Origin: Myxococcota bacterium
Lineage (GTDB): Bacteria; Myxococcota_A; Polyangia; Polyangiales; Houyiibacteriaceae
Reading direction: 5' to 3'
Assembly: GCA_039030515.1 (NCBI GenBank)
Contig: JBCCEA010000018.1
Coordinates: 24,033 to 88,032, forward strand
DNA length: 64,000 nucleotides
Shown: positions 1-10,157 of the stretch, piece by piece
Layout of the letters: each line of letters opens with the position of its first letter
Numbering within the stretch: the first letter of the stretch is position 1
Notes under the pieces: model-generated
Told to the model about the DNA's origin: nothing
What the model saw: the letters and a program-made list of their open reading frames with translations, nothing else
Database searches by the model: none
Made by a program: the position numbers and the translations under genes

Positions 1-99
1 CATCAGTCCCGACGTGCTCGGCGTCGGACTCTGGGTGCTCGCACTCTGGATGCTCGGACTCTGGATGCTGGTAGCTTCGCTTTTGATCCGCCTGGTCAT
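1..99 (-). CDS. 5' part of a gene truncated by the window edge, probably the partner half of the heterodimeric ABC exporter
   Basis: ATG at 99-97 overlaps the TGA of the upstream ABC gene (ATGA); frame open to the edge (MTRRIKSEATSIQSPSIQSASTQSP...). Identity is inferred only from the usual paired organisation. Confidence 0.45.
   Translation of the reverse strand, partial: MTRRIKSEATSIQSPSIQSASTQSPTPSTSGLM
26..70. repeat. 15-bp tandem repeat x3
   Basis: ggactctgggtgctc / gcactctggatgctc / ggactctggatgctg. Confidence 0.9.
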
Positions 100-1904
100 A
101 GCCCTGCGAGTTCTTCTTCGAGAGCCTGTTGCCCCGCGAGCTTTGCGTAGACGCCATCGTTTCGGATCAGCTCTTGGTGCCGGCCCGATTCGACCACTGA
201 GCCCGCGTCGATCACCACGATGTGATCGGCTTTGGACGCGGCCGCGACCCGATTGGTGATGAGCAGCATGGTTCGCTCCCTACCCGCTTTTTCTAGAGCT
301 TCCAGGATGAGGGTTTCCGTGTGCGCATCCACGGCGGACATCGGATCGTCGAGCACGATCACGGCAGGCTCGTTGAGGAGCGCCCTTGCGAGGGCGACTC
401 GCTGTTTTTGTCCTCCCGAGAGCTGAACTCCGCGTTCCCCAACCACAGTGTCAAAACCCTCGGGCAATCGATCGATATCTTCACACACCACCGCTTCTGC
501 GGCGGCGTGGCGCACTTTTAGGTAGGCGCGCTCTTCATCGCACTCCCGCGGCAAGGGAAACGCGATGTTGCGGGCGACGGTACTTGAAAATAGGAACGGC
601 TCCTGCTGCACATAGCCGACCTGACTGCGGAGACTCCGTAATTTTAGTGCCGTCACATCCTGACCTCCCAGGAACACGGTGCCCTTCGGGGTGTCCTGCA
701 AGCGGGGCAGGAGGCTTGCAAGCGTGCTTTTGCCGGCGCCGGTCGGTCCCACAAGGGCCAAGGTTTCTCCCGCGTGCAGGTGAAATGAAATATCGTGCAG
801 CACCTCGCGGTCCCCGTAGGAAAACGAAAGATTCTCGACTCTGAGATCTCCCTGTGAAGGGGCCTCAACGGCATTTGGAAGCTCTGGAACCACAGGCTTT
901 GACTCGAGTATTTCACGTACTCGAGCGAAGGAGGCTCGACCTCTGCCGACCACAGAAAGCAACCAGCCAAGCGACAGCGTCGGCCATATCAACTGTCCGA
1001 GGTAGGCGTTAAACGCAGCGAATTGCCCCACCGTCAGCTTTTCTTGAACCACCATCGCTCCGCCCTTCCAGAGTACGGTGAGCGTTCCAATCGAGCCGAT
1101 GGTCATCAGTACCGGCCACATCACCGACCGGATCACTACGAGCCGCATGTTTTTCTGAACCAAATCCTGATTCACCCGCTCAAATCGCTCCGCCTCGTGT
1201 GTTTCGGCTCCGTAGGCACGGATGAGTCGCACTGCAGCCATGTTCTCCTGGGCCACCTCGGAGAGTCTGCCTAGAGCCTCTTGCGCCTGCTGGCTTCGGC
1301 TGAATAGAGTTCGTCCAAAGCTCCGAGCGAATAAAATGAAGAGGGGATAGGGGAGCATGGCATAGAGCGTGAGCTCCGCTGAGATGCTCGCCATCAGTGC
1401 GAGGCCGGCCCCGTAGGCGAGAGAGGTATTCACTGCGTTGAGAGTGCCAAATCCTACCAGCAAGCGGACTTGGGCCAGGTCGTTTGTAGCGCGACTCATG
1501 ATCTCACCGGTCGAATACCGCACCAGCAAGGATGCTCCTAGGGTATGGACCTTAGACAGGAGCGCGTTCCTCAAATCGAACTCGATGTCTCGACCCACAT
1601 TGAAGACGACAACGCGGCTTGCGGTCCGAACAAGCCACATCACCGCTGCCGTCGACACTACGGCTATCGCCAAGGTTCGAACCGTGTGGAAATCCGACGC
1701 GACAAAGGCGTCGACAGCATGCTGCAGCATCCAGGGAACCGCCTTGTCGAGGGCGTTGGTCAGAACCAAAAGCGCACTGCCCAAAAACAGTCGGTTTCGA
1801 TACGGCTGCACATAGGTCAGGAGGCGTTGCGGGCTCGGCTGCGCTCCTGATGTGTTCGCTGCCTGAGGGTCCGCGCAGGCTGCGTCTGCTGATACCGTTT
1901 GCAT
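96..1904 (-). CDS. ABC exporter, fused TMD + ATPase (MdlA/YheI-like)
   Basis: N-terminal TM domain; Walker A GPTGAGKST, signature LSGGQKQR, Walker B IVLDD (D in place of the catalytic E, typical of the degenerate half of heterodimers). Confidence 0.92.
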   Translation of the reverse strand: MQTVSADAACADPQAANTSGAQPSPQRLLTYVQPYRNRLFLGSALLVLTNALDKAVPWMLQHAVDAFVASDFHTVRTLAIAVVSTAAVMWLVRTASRVVVFNVGRDIEFDLRNALLSKVHTLGASLLVRYSTGEIMSRATNDLAQVRLLVGFGTLNAVNTSLAYGAGLALMASISAELTLYAMLPYPLFILFARSFGRTLFSRSQQAQEALGRLSEVAQENMAAVRLIRAYGAETHEAERFERVNQDLVQKNMRLVVIRSVMWPVLMTIGSIGTLTVLWKGGAMVVQEKLTVGQFAAFNAYLGQLIWPTLSLGWLLSVVGRGRASFARVREILESKPVVPELPNAVEAPSQGDLRVENLSFSYGDREVLHDISFHLHAGETLALVGPTGAGKSTLASLLPRLQDTPKGTVFLGGQDVTALKLRSLRSQVGYVQQEPFLFSSTVARNIAFPLPRECDEERAYLKVRHAAAEAVVCEDIDRLPEGFDTVVGERGVQLSGGQKQRVALARALLNEPAVIVLDDPMSAVDAHTETLILEALEKAGRERTMLLITNRVAAASKADHIVVIDAGSVVESGRHQELIRNDGVYAKLAGQQALEEELAGL

Positions 1905-2017
1905 CGTGTTCTGCTATCCAGCGATGCCGGTGCCGCAGCAACGCGAATCCGCTTCTCGCCTGCCTAGCGAATAGTTCCTCAAGCGCTCGGGTGCCAGTGT
2001 TGCGCGCTCTTTATTCA

Positions 2018-3928
2018 CTAGCGTCGCATCAGCCCTTTCCGACGCAGCATCAGCAAAAGACACGGCATTGAGAGAATCATCCACTCCGAAGTGCCTCCTT
2101 TTTGCCCTGATCCGACGCTGCAGCCGCTTCCACCATTTTTGACGGGCACCGGCGTGCAAACGGAGTCGGGCCACTCCGGGCAGTAGTAGTCGGCGGGGCA
2201 TGATTCAGCCGACGTACATGAAATGGTGCATAGGGGCGATGCTTCAAACGCTACACATCGTCCCTTGCAGTCGCTGCTGGTGGAACAAGGCCGACCGAGA
2301 TCCGATAGTGGTGTGCAGATTTTGCCGCGTGGCGAATCGTCGCATACAAATCCCGCCGAACACTCTGAGTCCGCGCCGCTCGAATCCACACTGCCTGCGT
2401 CTGCTCCGCAGGGGGACGCGCAGACCAGCCCGTCGCTTAAAGCGATGCATACTCCTGTGCTGCAGTCGCGATCGAGCTGGCAAGACTGTCCTACGATGGC
2501 GAGTGGCGCGCATGTTCCACATCGGGCCTCGATGTCGGTCATGCAGCGAAGTCCATCCGGACAGCTGTCCTCAAAACCCATAGAGATGCAGAGAGTTACG
2601 CAAGTTCCCTGCATGCACGAACCGCTAGTGCAGTCGGCATCCTCTGCGCAAGCGTCTCCTGCGGATCGAAGGTTTGAAGCTGCAGCGACACAGTACCCCA
2701 GCTCACAGCGCGGTCCGGATGCGCAGACAAAGCCGGCAGGACAGCTTTGTTCGGACAGCCGGTCGCAGCTTCGGGAGCAGCGACCTTGGTGACATACGCC
2801 ATCTCGGCATGATTCCGATGAATCACATGAACCACCTAAAGCCACGCCAGTCTGGTTCACCGGCGCACAACCGAGTTCTTTACAAACGCCCTCATTTCCA
2901 CATTCGGTGCTGCTGGCGCATCGATCGCTCGGCACGGTGCAACTCGGGATTCGTCCGAAGAACCGTACGCACTGTCCCTCTCCAAACACCTCTCGACACA
3001 CTTCAGAGGGATCGCAGTCGCCATCAAAGGAACAGGCCTGTCCACAATACGAGTTTCCTCCGCCATAGGGCACGCATAGATCGCTACCTGAGCCACATTC
3101 TCCACTAGACTCACATGCGCGACACACCTGGGTTGAGGGATCTGGAGCTGTGCATGCGCCAGCGTGACACTCAAGCGGCTCGGGGCACCCAAAGGCGGTG
3201 CAGCTGGCCTCCGAACGATAGAGATAGCAAAGACCATTGCGATCGTCTGGTTGGAGTCCCACTCCCTGACTGTAGTTTTGGTACATCAGAGAGGAGGGAT
3301 CACCGGAGTGTCCAAGACCAAAGAAATGACCTAACTCATGAAGCAATACGGTGTGCAGGTCGAGAGTTCCCTCGGTCAGAGTGGAAGCGTCCGCATCGCT
3401 GAACTCGTAATGCACTCCGTTGACGAAGATATCCGATTCGTCAACGCAGGTCCCTGCGTTGGTTTGGGTGACCGTTATCGCGATTGCGCCAGGATCGTAG
3501 ATCCAATCTGAGGCGAGGAGTTCGATAGACGAGGTGCCGTCTTGCGTTCCGGCACTCCATGCAGCTTCCGCGGTACGAATGCTTGCAAGGGGCAGACTGC
3601 AGCCCACTGCCTCAAATTCTTGAATGGACTGCTCCGCAATCATGCCGAGATCGAGTTGCGGAAATGCGCTTGAATGCGCGATCCAGATGTCTGGCTCTTC
3701 ACACCAGGTGCTGCACTGCGACTGAAGACACGAAAACGCAAGGACATGTTCGGACCAAAACAAAACCGAGAGAATCACGACAAGGGCCGTCGCTTGAGGT
3801 CTTGGCTTGAGCCACGTTTCCGAGCCACATTCAGGGTTTCGACAACACCTCAAAAACCCGCTGCACAAAGACGCGCGATGCGTTGAGACCTCCAATAGCC
3901 CTGAGGCTAAAGAGCCGATCGAAGACAC
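2018..3928 (-). CDS. Matrixin (M10-like) zinc metalloprotease with Cys-rich repeats and MYXO-CTERM-like sorting signal; true start probably nearer 3800
   Basis: HELGHFFGLGHS zinc motif, Met-turn SLMY, many CxxxxxC repeats, C-terminus GGSGCSV...hydrophobic...LRRK. Confidence 0.88.
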   Translation of the reverse strand: MSSIGSLASGLLEVSTHRASLCSGFLRCCRNPECGSETWLKPRPQATALVVILSVLFWSEHVLAFSCLQSQCSTWCEEPDIWIAHSSAFPQLDLGMIAEQSIQEFEAVGCSLPLASIRTAEAAWSAGTQDGTSSIELLASDWIYDPGAIAITVTQTNAGTCVDESDIFVNGVHYEFSDADASTLTEGTLDLHTVLLHELGHFFGLGHSGDPSSLMYQNYSQGVGLQPDDRNGLCYLYRSEASCTAFGCPEPLECHAGACTAPDPSTQVCRACESSGECGSGSDLCVPYGGGNSYCGQACSFDGDCDPSEVCREVFGEGQCVRFFGRIPSCTVPSDRCASSTECGNEGVCKELGCAPVNQTGVALGGSCDSSESCRDGVCHQGRCSRSCDRLSEQSCPAGFVCASGPRCELGYCVAAASNLRSAGDACAEDADCTSGSCMQGTCVTLCISMGFEDSCPDGLRCMTDIEARCGTCAPLAIVGQSCQLDRDCSTGVCIALSDGLVCASPCGADAGSVDSSGADSECSAGFVCDDSPRGKICTPLSDLGRPCSTSSDCKGRCVAFEASPLCTISCTSAESCPADYYCPEWPDSVCTPVPVKNGGSGCSVGSGQKGGTSEWMILSMPCLLLMLRRKGLMRR

Positions 3929-3935
3929 GTGTTTG

Positions 3936-4742
3936 TTAGCTAGGCGTTTCGTGAACAGGCGGCAATCTCAAATATCGAGTGAGCTTCTGGGTGCCGATAT
4001 AAAATGGCAGCGTATCGACGAGTGCACAAGACGCTTTGAACACATAGCCTGAGTAAATGTAGGTCCATAGCTGGCTGAAGGTGCTTTGGCTCGGATCGAT
4101 ATAGAGGGCTTGCGCATAATAGTGAGTGATCAGAATCACTGAGAAGGTATCTACGAACTGACTCACTAAAGTCGACGCGTTGTTGCGTAGCCAAAGATGC
4201 TTGCCTTGTGTTTTACGCTTCCAGAAGTGAAAGATATGCACATCCACTAGTTGCGCAAATAGATAGGAAATCATTGAAGCGACGACAGCTCCGAACGTGA
4301 GCGTCCGGATTGTGAAAAACGCATTCACTCTCGACCCTTCGATGGAATTCGGGTCGTAGCTGCTGGGCAACTCACCGGGAAGGACACCACCAAGCCAAAG
4401 GATGAAGAGCACCCAAGCATTGAGGATGAGGCCCATCCAAACCACCTGGCTTGCGCGTTTCTTGCCGTAAAGCTCGGAAATAAAGTCGGTGCAGAGGAAC
4501 GTGATGGGGTAAGGCAGGACTCCCACTGGAACCATAAAGGGGATGTGGTAGCCGAGTATGTCAAAGGACATGTTCAGAAACCGAGTGACGCTGAGCACGT
4601 TGAGTACAGAAAGCGATCCGAGAAAGATTCCGGAACACAGTAAAAAGATGCCCTCCCGTCTCTGCTGTAGCGTTTGCGGTCGAAGAGAGGGAAGACCCTC
4701 GTATGTGTATTGCTCGCTAGGAAGCGGTAGTCCCTCAGACAT
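3936..4742 (-). CDS. yhhQ: Queuosine precursor transporter (YhhQ/VUT family)
   Basis: Polytopic membrane protein; GVLPYPITFLCTDFISELYG and LWLRNNASTLVSQFVDT motifs. Confidence 0.85.
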   Translation of the reverse strand: MSEGLPLPSEQYTYEGLPSLRPQTLQQRREGIFLLCSGIFLGSLSVLNVLSVTRFLNMSFDILGYHIPFMVPVGVLPYPITFLCTDFISELYGKKRASQVVWMGLILNAWVLFILWLGGVLPGELPSSYDPNSIEGSRVNAFFTIRTLTFGAVVASMISYLFAQLVDVHIFHFWKRKTQGKHLWLRNNASTLVSQFVDTFSVILITHYYAQALYIDPSQSTFSQLWTYIYSGYVFKASCALVDTLPFYIGTQKLTRYLRLPPVHETPS

Positions 4743-4827
4743 ACGTATCCTTATTCTTAAGCCGGCATCCTTCGTATAGGACAGCGTCGTTCAACTACCC
4801 GCATGGTCCGGCTAGACTGGGTGTCGT

Positions 4828-6222
4828 CTAATTGAGATCGACCTTCTCGACGTTTTCGGCATGGCGATTGCGCGTCAGTTTGCCGGCATGCCTTTCGATA
4901 CCGGCAAATGCCTGATGCTCCTTGCCTGCTCGAGCCGTGTCTCCGAGAAGCTCGTAGAGCGTAGGACAAGCAAATGCCAAGTGACTCGTTTGTTTTACGG
5001 CTTGATTTAGAGATTTCTCGAACTTCCTCAGGTTCACGTTCGGAGAAAGAACCAGTTTACCAAACTCTAAACCTTCAGCTCCGAGTAGGCCGCGCGCATC
5101 GTTTACTGGTTGCGACATGTCGGTCTGTTCTGAGTCCTGATACTCGTCGATAATTCTCTCTCGATGCACAAAGAAGAGCGCTTGGTCTTCAAGCTTGGAT
5201 TGGAACTCGGCAAAAGCCCCGGGCTCTCCCTCAAGTGCGATAAAACGCAGGCGATGCTCATCACCATGATGAAGTGGTGTGATAAGCGGAAAGCAGGGGA
5301 TAGGTCCCGCTTCGTCCTTGAGTACCGTCACCGGTGATGAGTCCCAGAGCACCACATCGCCATAGTCCACTTGTGTTTCCCGAAAAGACGCGGACTGAAC
5401 CACGCCGTGACAGGGCGAAAGAGGCGCGACCCACAGAATCTCAAACGCCGTGTGCCTGTCGGCGATTTGCCCATGACCTACTCCAGGTCCTCTTGCAGGG
5501 ACTCTTATCTGCGCAGGAGGCATTTCTGCAACGAAAGGAAGTCGTTCCTGACCGGCAAGCTCAACGGGAATTTCTAGCTCTCGAAATGCGTCGTATGCCA
5601 GTTGCCCATCTCCTGCGCCGATAGCGCTTACCGCGAGATTGAAGAGTACTGGTCGAGTCGGACCCAGCTGCGCTCGCGCTTTCTGGCAACAATCAACTGC
5701 TTCCTGAAATCGACCGCGCCACTTGTGCAGTATTCCGAAATCGAGCCACCAAGACCCTTGTTCCGGGTAGAGCGTGAGCGCCTCGGCGTACGACTGAACG
5801 GCCTCTTCATACCTACCTGGCCCCAACCGGCGAAGTCCATTCGCGCGATTGATGAGCAGATAGCCTCTGGTGGACGGTTCAAGCTTGGGTTGAAGCAGGG
5901 CCTTTTCGGCGATCTCCACCGCGCGATCGGCAGGACTCCCGTCCGTGAGCGGCTGATCCGGGGGAATCAGTTCTACGAGTGAGAGCAGTGCTGCGCACGC
6001 CCCGGTGGCGATATCGGGGAGATCTGGAAATGCCTGAAGGATCTCCTCAACATCCTCCTCCGTAGTTGCTGCCGTCGGCGCGGCCACCAAAAGCTCCAGC
6101 CAGGCCAGGGCGTACTCAGGTTGCTGCACGACGTTCGCGCGCTCTTTCGCAAGTGCATCCCAGGCGGTGGAGAGATCCCCTCGTTGAAGCGCTTGTCTAC
6201 ATCGCGCTAGAGCGTCTGACAT
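4828..6222 (-). CDS. Tetratricopeptide repeat protein with uncharacterised C-terminal domain
   Basis: TPR-like helices (YEEAVQSYAEALTLYPEQGSWWLDFGILHKWRGRFQEAV); start placed at MSDAL (6222). Confidence 0.75.
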   Translation of the reverse strand: MSDALARCRQALQRGDLSTAWDALAKERANVVQQPEYALAWLELLVAAPTAATTEEDVEEILQAFPDLPDIATGACAALLSLVELIPPDQPLTDGSPADRAVEIAEKALLQPKLEPSTRGYLLINRANGLRRLGPGRYEEAVQSYAEALTLYPEQGSWWLDFGILHKWRGRFQEAVDCCQKARAQLGPTRPVLFNLAVSAIGAGDGQLAYDAFRELEIPVELAGQERLPFVAEMPPAQIRVPARGPGVGHGQIADRHTAFEILWVAPLSPCHGVVQSASFRETQVDYGDVVLWDSSPVTVLKDEAGPIPCFPLITPLHHGDEHRLRFIALEGEPGAFAEFQSKLEDQALFFVHRERIIDEYQDSEQTDMSQPVNDARGLLGAEGLEFGKLVLSPNVNLRKFEKSLNQAVKQTSHLAFACPTLYELLGDTARAGKEHQAFAGIERHAGKLTRNRHAENVEKVDLN

Positions 6223-6441
6223 GGGGAGTTTTACGTCTCCGATCCATGCTGCGCCAGAAAATTTACGGGCACCTAACCCACGCGATTCGACCACCTGCAG
6301 TGCAGCGTCAGTAGCGCGTCGAACATTCTGACGACAGGAACTCCATCGATAACGACTCTGCATCGTGGCAGGTACGCTCTTTTGCGCTTGAGTCTCAGCG
6401 AACTCTTGGCATTTTGAGTAGTTACAGGTAACTCTTATACA

Positions 6442-7215
6442 GTGCTACGCACATCGGCCGGAGTCACCGACGTCGGGAGGCGTCGAGAAGTCAACGAAGA
6501 CGCATTCTTTTTGGATGATTCGTTGGGACTCTACATCGTCGCAGACGGGATGGGTGGTCATGCGAGTGGTGAAATCGCTAGCGCTGAAGCAGTAGACGCT
6601 GTTCGCGGTATGGTGTGGCAAGGGGTCGGTGCGCTGCATCGAGTGGAGCAGGGAGACCGTTCCGAAGAGGCGCTGCAAACAGCCGCCCGCCTTCTGGAGA
6701 GCGCAGTACAAGCGGCGACCTATATGGTGTTCGGGCTCGCACAGCACGATCCAAAGCAGCAAGGCATGGGGACCACCCTGAGCTCGCTGGCATTGTGCGG
6801 CGATATTGGGATTACCGCCCAGGTTGGCGACAGCCGAATCTACGTCGTGCGCAATGGAGTGGCTGCTCCGCTCACCGAAGACCACACCCTAGTCGCGTGG
6901 CAATTGAAGCAGGGCATCATCACGGAGGAAGAGGCGGCCGTCTCGCCTCATAAAAACGTGATCACTCGAGCCGTTGGCAGTCGCGAGTATGTACAGGTCG
7001 ATACCAATATCTTCGAGGCCCACTCGGGAGACGTCTTTCTTCTTTGCTCTGACGGACTGCATGGGTACGTCGAAGATCACGAGATCGGTCCGATCGTCGA
7101 TTTAGGGCCCCGATTGGCGGTGAAACGATTTGTCGAGTTGGCGAACGATCGAGGGGGCCGGGACAATATCACGGCGGTTGCCGTCGAAGTGCGCTCCTCT
7201 CCCAGCAGGTTCTAA
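6442..7215 (+). CDS. PP2C-family Ser/Thr protein phosphatase (Stp1/PrpC-like)
   Basis: RxxNED, VADGMGGH, VGDSR, LLCSDGL and GGRDNIT motifs. Confidence 0.95.
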   Translation: MLRTSAGVTDVGRRREVNEDAFFLDDSLGLYIVADGMGGHASGEIASAEAVDAVRGMVWQGVGALHRVEQGDRSEEALQTAARLLESAVQAATYMVFGLAQHDPKQQGMGTTLSSLALCGDIGITAQVGDSRIYVVRNGVAAPLTEDHTLVAWQLKQGIITEEEAAVSPHKNVITRAVGSREYVQVDTNIFEAHSGDVFLLCSDGLHGYVEDHEIGPIVDLGPRLAVKRFVELANDRGGRDNITAVAVEVRSSPSRF

Positions 7216-7304
7216 CTCGGTCTCACGCTGGATGCCGCGCTGGTCAAGCAGCGCATGTCACTTTCGAACAAGTACGGCACTTGCCGTAGGAACAAAGCAC
7301 CAAT

Positions 7305-7346
7305 TGCAAAACGCCGAGGAAGTGTGCACCTCCCCGGCGTTTTGCA
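7305..7346. terminator. Intrinsic terminator between convergent PP2C and rpsA, likely bidirectional
   Basis: tgcaaaacgccg...cggcgttttgca 12-bp inverted repeat with A/T runs at the stem base. Confidence 0.75.
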
Positions 7347-7397
7347 TGTGTGAATCTGTATGTTCGATGTTCGACTAAATCACCGTGATCCTACAGA

Positions 7398-9260
7398 TCA
7401 TTCATCTACTGCGGATTCGGCCTCTGCCGATGTATTCGCGCTACTATCTTCTGGCCGCTCGTCATCGGAAAAAGCTCCAAGCTTATCCTTGAGCAAGTCA
7501 CCGAGCGTAGCCCCTGCGCGACCGCTCGGGCCGACCCGAACTGCAGTCGTTCGCCCGGTCTCAGAAAAGCGCATGCTCTCATCTTTGATTTCTAGGTCAC
7601 CCAGGTCGCGCAAGGAGAGCGTGATCTTGCGGTCGGAAGTGTCCACCATCACGATCTGAGCCTTGACGATCTTGCCTGGCTGTATGTGATTCGACATGTC
7701 GTCGGCTGCGCCTTGGCCCACGGCGTTTCGGGGAACATACCCTTCTACGCCGCGTTCAAGTTCTGCGTAGGCACCCTGGTCGCTGAGCGAAAGTACGCGC
7801 ACCTCAAGCACGCTGCCTTCGGGATAACGCTCGGGAATGTAGCTCCAAGGATCTTCGTAGAGCTGCTTGATACCCAAGCTCACCTTCTTCTCTTCGTGGT
7901 TGATCGAAAGAATGATCGCTTCAACCTCGTCGCCTTTTCGATAGAGATCTGCGGGGTTGTTGACGCGCTGGGTCCAGCTGATGTCCGACTTGTGCACCAT
8001 CCCGTCGACGCCGTCCTCGATACCCACGAAGACTCCGTAATCCGTGATCGAGCGGACCCTACCGCGAATTACATCGCCCGGATTGTATTGCTGGGTGAAT
8101 ACCGTCCAGGGATCTGGTTCAAGCTGTTTCAGGCCGAGGCTGATGCGCTTGTTCTGAGAGTCGATGTCTAGGACGACGCACTCCACATCTTGACCCACTT
8201 CGAGAAGCTTCGAAGGATGCTTCGGCTTGGTCCAGGTCATTTCGGACACGTGAATGAGACCCTCGACACCCTGCTCCAGCTCGACGAACGCGCCGTAATC
8301 GGTAAGGGAAACTACGGATCCGGTGACGCGCTTGTTGGACGGGTAGTTGGCCGATGCGGAATTCCAAGGATCTTCGACCGTCTGCTTCAGTCCAAGCGAG
8401 ACACGCTCGGTGTCGGGATTGTATTTGAGCACCTTGCAGGTGACTTCATCACTGACATGGAACATCTCTGAAGGGTGGTTGACTCTGCCCCAGCTCATGT
8501 CGGTGATGTGCAGCAGACCGTCGATTCCGCCGAGGTCTACGAACGCGCCATACTCGGTGATGTTCTTGATCGTGCCGGTGACAACTTGCCCCTCTTCCAA
8601 ACTCTGAAGGGTTTCCTTCTTGAGTTTGTCTCGCTCTCGCTCCAGCAGCACGCGCCGCGAAAGAACGATGTTGCCTCGCTTTTTGTTGAACTTGATGACC
8701 TTAAACTCAAAGGTTTGACTGATGAGTTTGTCTAGGTTTCGTACGGGACGGAGATCGACTTGGGATCCAGGCAGGAAGGCCTTGACTCCTCCGCGGATGG
8801 TGACCGACAAACCACCCTTAACCCGGGCGGTGATCGTTCCCTCGATGAGCTCATCACGCTCGCAAGCGGCGCTGATCTCGTCCCATACTTTCAGCTTATC
8901 CGCTTTTTCCTTAGAAAGCATGACCAGCCCGGCATCGTTTTCTTTGGATTCCACGAGGACGTCTACGTGGTCTCCGGCACGAACATCGATGGCCCCCGTG
9001 TGGTTGGTGAACTCCTCGAGAGGAATTACGCCTTCCGATTTGTAGCCGATGTCCACGACGACCGAGTCGCGACCGACTTTGATCACCGTTCCGGAGACGA
9101 TATCGCCTTCCCGAAGGGAATCGGCTCGGCCTGCGGTTTGTTCGAAAAGCGAAGCGAAAGATTCGCTCATGGATGATGCTTCCGCGTTCTCCGTCGATGT
9201 TTCGATCGGCTCGGAGGGTGCGACGGGTTGGCTTAGTGGAGTTGAAGTTGTTTCGTTCAT
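7398..9260 (-). CDS. rpsA: 30S ribosomal protein S1
   Basis: Six S1 repeats (DIGYKSEG, AFLPGSQVD, YGAFVDLGGIDGLLHITDMSW...). Confidence 0.98.
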   Translation of the reverse strand: MNETTSTPLSQPVAPSEPIETSTENAEASSMSESFASLFEQTAGRADSLREGDIVSGTVIKVGRDSVVVDIGYKSEGVIPLEEFTNHTGAIDVRAGDHVDVLVESKENDAGLVMLSKEKADKLKVWDEISAACERDELIEGTITARVKGGLSVTIRGGVKAFLPGSQVDLRPVRNLDKLISQTFEFKVIKFNKKRGNIVLSRRVLLERERDKLKKETLQSLEEGQVVTGTIKNITEYGAFVDLGGIDGLLHITDMSWGRVNHPSEMFHVSDEVTCKVLKYNPDTERVSLGLKQTVEDPWNSASANYPSNKRVTGSVVSLTDYGAFVELEQGVEGLIHVSEMTWTKPKHPSKLLEVGQDVECVVLDIDSQNKRISLGLKQLEPDPWTVFTQQYNPGDVIRGRVRSITDYGVFVGIEDGVDGMVHKSDISWTQRVNNPADLYRKGDEVEAIILSINHEEKKVSLGIKQLYEDPWSYIPERYPEGSVLEVRVLSLSDQGAYAELERGVEGYVPRNAVGQGAADDMSNHIQPGKIVKAQIVMVDTSDRKITLSLRDLGDLEIKDESMRFSETGRTTAVRVGPSGRAGATLGDLLKDKLGAFSDDERPEDSSANTSAEAESAVDE

Positions 9261-9370
9261 ACTGCTGCTGGTCTCGTAACCAGGAAAAAGATTATAATTT
9301 CGGGCTCACGCACCGACGCGCATTCCCGTTCCGTCACCGTTGAACCAGTTCTTCGGGGCTGGGGGGCGTA

Positions 9371-9399
9371 GTGTTAGCAGCAGGGCTATTCACTGTCAA
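9371..9399 (-). promoter_or_regulatory. Candidate sigma70 promoter for rpsA
   Basis: Minus strand TTGACA-17 nt-TAACAC with TG extension, in the cmk-rpsA gap; -10 is imperfect. Confidence 0.45.
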
Positions 9400-9467
9400 A
9401 TGGGACGACGATGGTTCCGAGCAGCTCCTCTTGAGACTCTGCGTCGCGAACTTCAAGGAAATCAGCG

Positions 9468-10157
9468 CTACCTGAGCGGCCATCCTTGGGTGGATTCTAC
9501 AAGCTTCACCACGCGATCGACGACTGAGTCTAAAGGGCTATCGGTTGTGTCGATCACCAAAGCATCCTTTGCTGGTTTTAAGGGGGCTAGCGGTCGCTCT
9601 GTATCTTGACGGTCTCGATCGGCGAGTTCCGAAAAGGTCCGATCGTAGTCCACGTGAATCCCGCGCGATGTGAGGTCGGCGACCCGGCGATGTGCACGCG
9701 CCTGAGCGGAAGCGGTGAGGAATATCTTGATTTCTGCGGATGGGAACACCACCGTGCCGATGTCGCGACCCTCGAGTACCACGCCTCCTCGTTCACCAAA
9801 CCCCCTTTGCAAACCTAGGAGTGCTTCGCGAACCTGAGGATGCTTCGAAACCTGACTTGCGCGTTTGGACACCTTGGGCAGTCGAATGCTCTCCGATCTG
9901 TCCTCCTCATCGATCCACAGTCGCGGCAATCCATCAGGCCCTACCGTGAATCTGAGCCGGATCGTTTCTGCGATCCTGCCTAGCGCGAGCGCGTCTTCCC
10001 CCCCTACCCCGCGCTCCAACGATACCCATGCCACCCCTCGATAGAGGGCTCCGGTATCGACCAATAGCAGACCCAACTGGTTTGCCACCATCGCCGCAAG
10101 CGTGCTCTTTCCAGCTCCCGCAGGACCGTCGATGGCGATCACCGGTTTTCGATTCAT
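9468..10157 (-). CDS. cmk: Cytidylate kinase
   Basis: IAIDGPAGAGKST, DTGALYR, EGRDIGTVVFP; ATGA overlap with aroA. Confidence 0.97.
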   Translation of the reverse strand: MNRKPVIAIDGPAGAGKSTLAAMVANQLGLLLVDTGALYRGVAWVSLERGVGGEDALALGRIAETIRLRFTVGPDGLPRLWIDEEDRSESIRLPKVSKRASQVSKHPQVREALLGLQRGFGERGGVVLEGRDIGTVVFPSAEIKIFLTASAQARAHRRVADLTSRGIHVDYDRTFSELADRDRQDTERPLAPLKPAKDALVIDTTDSPLDSVVDRVVKLVESTQGWPLR

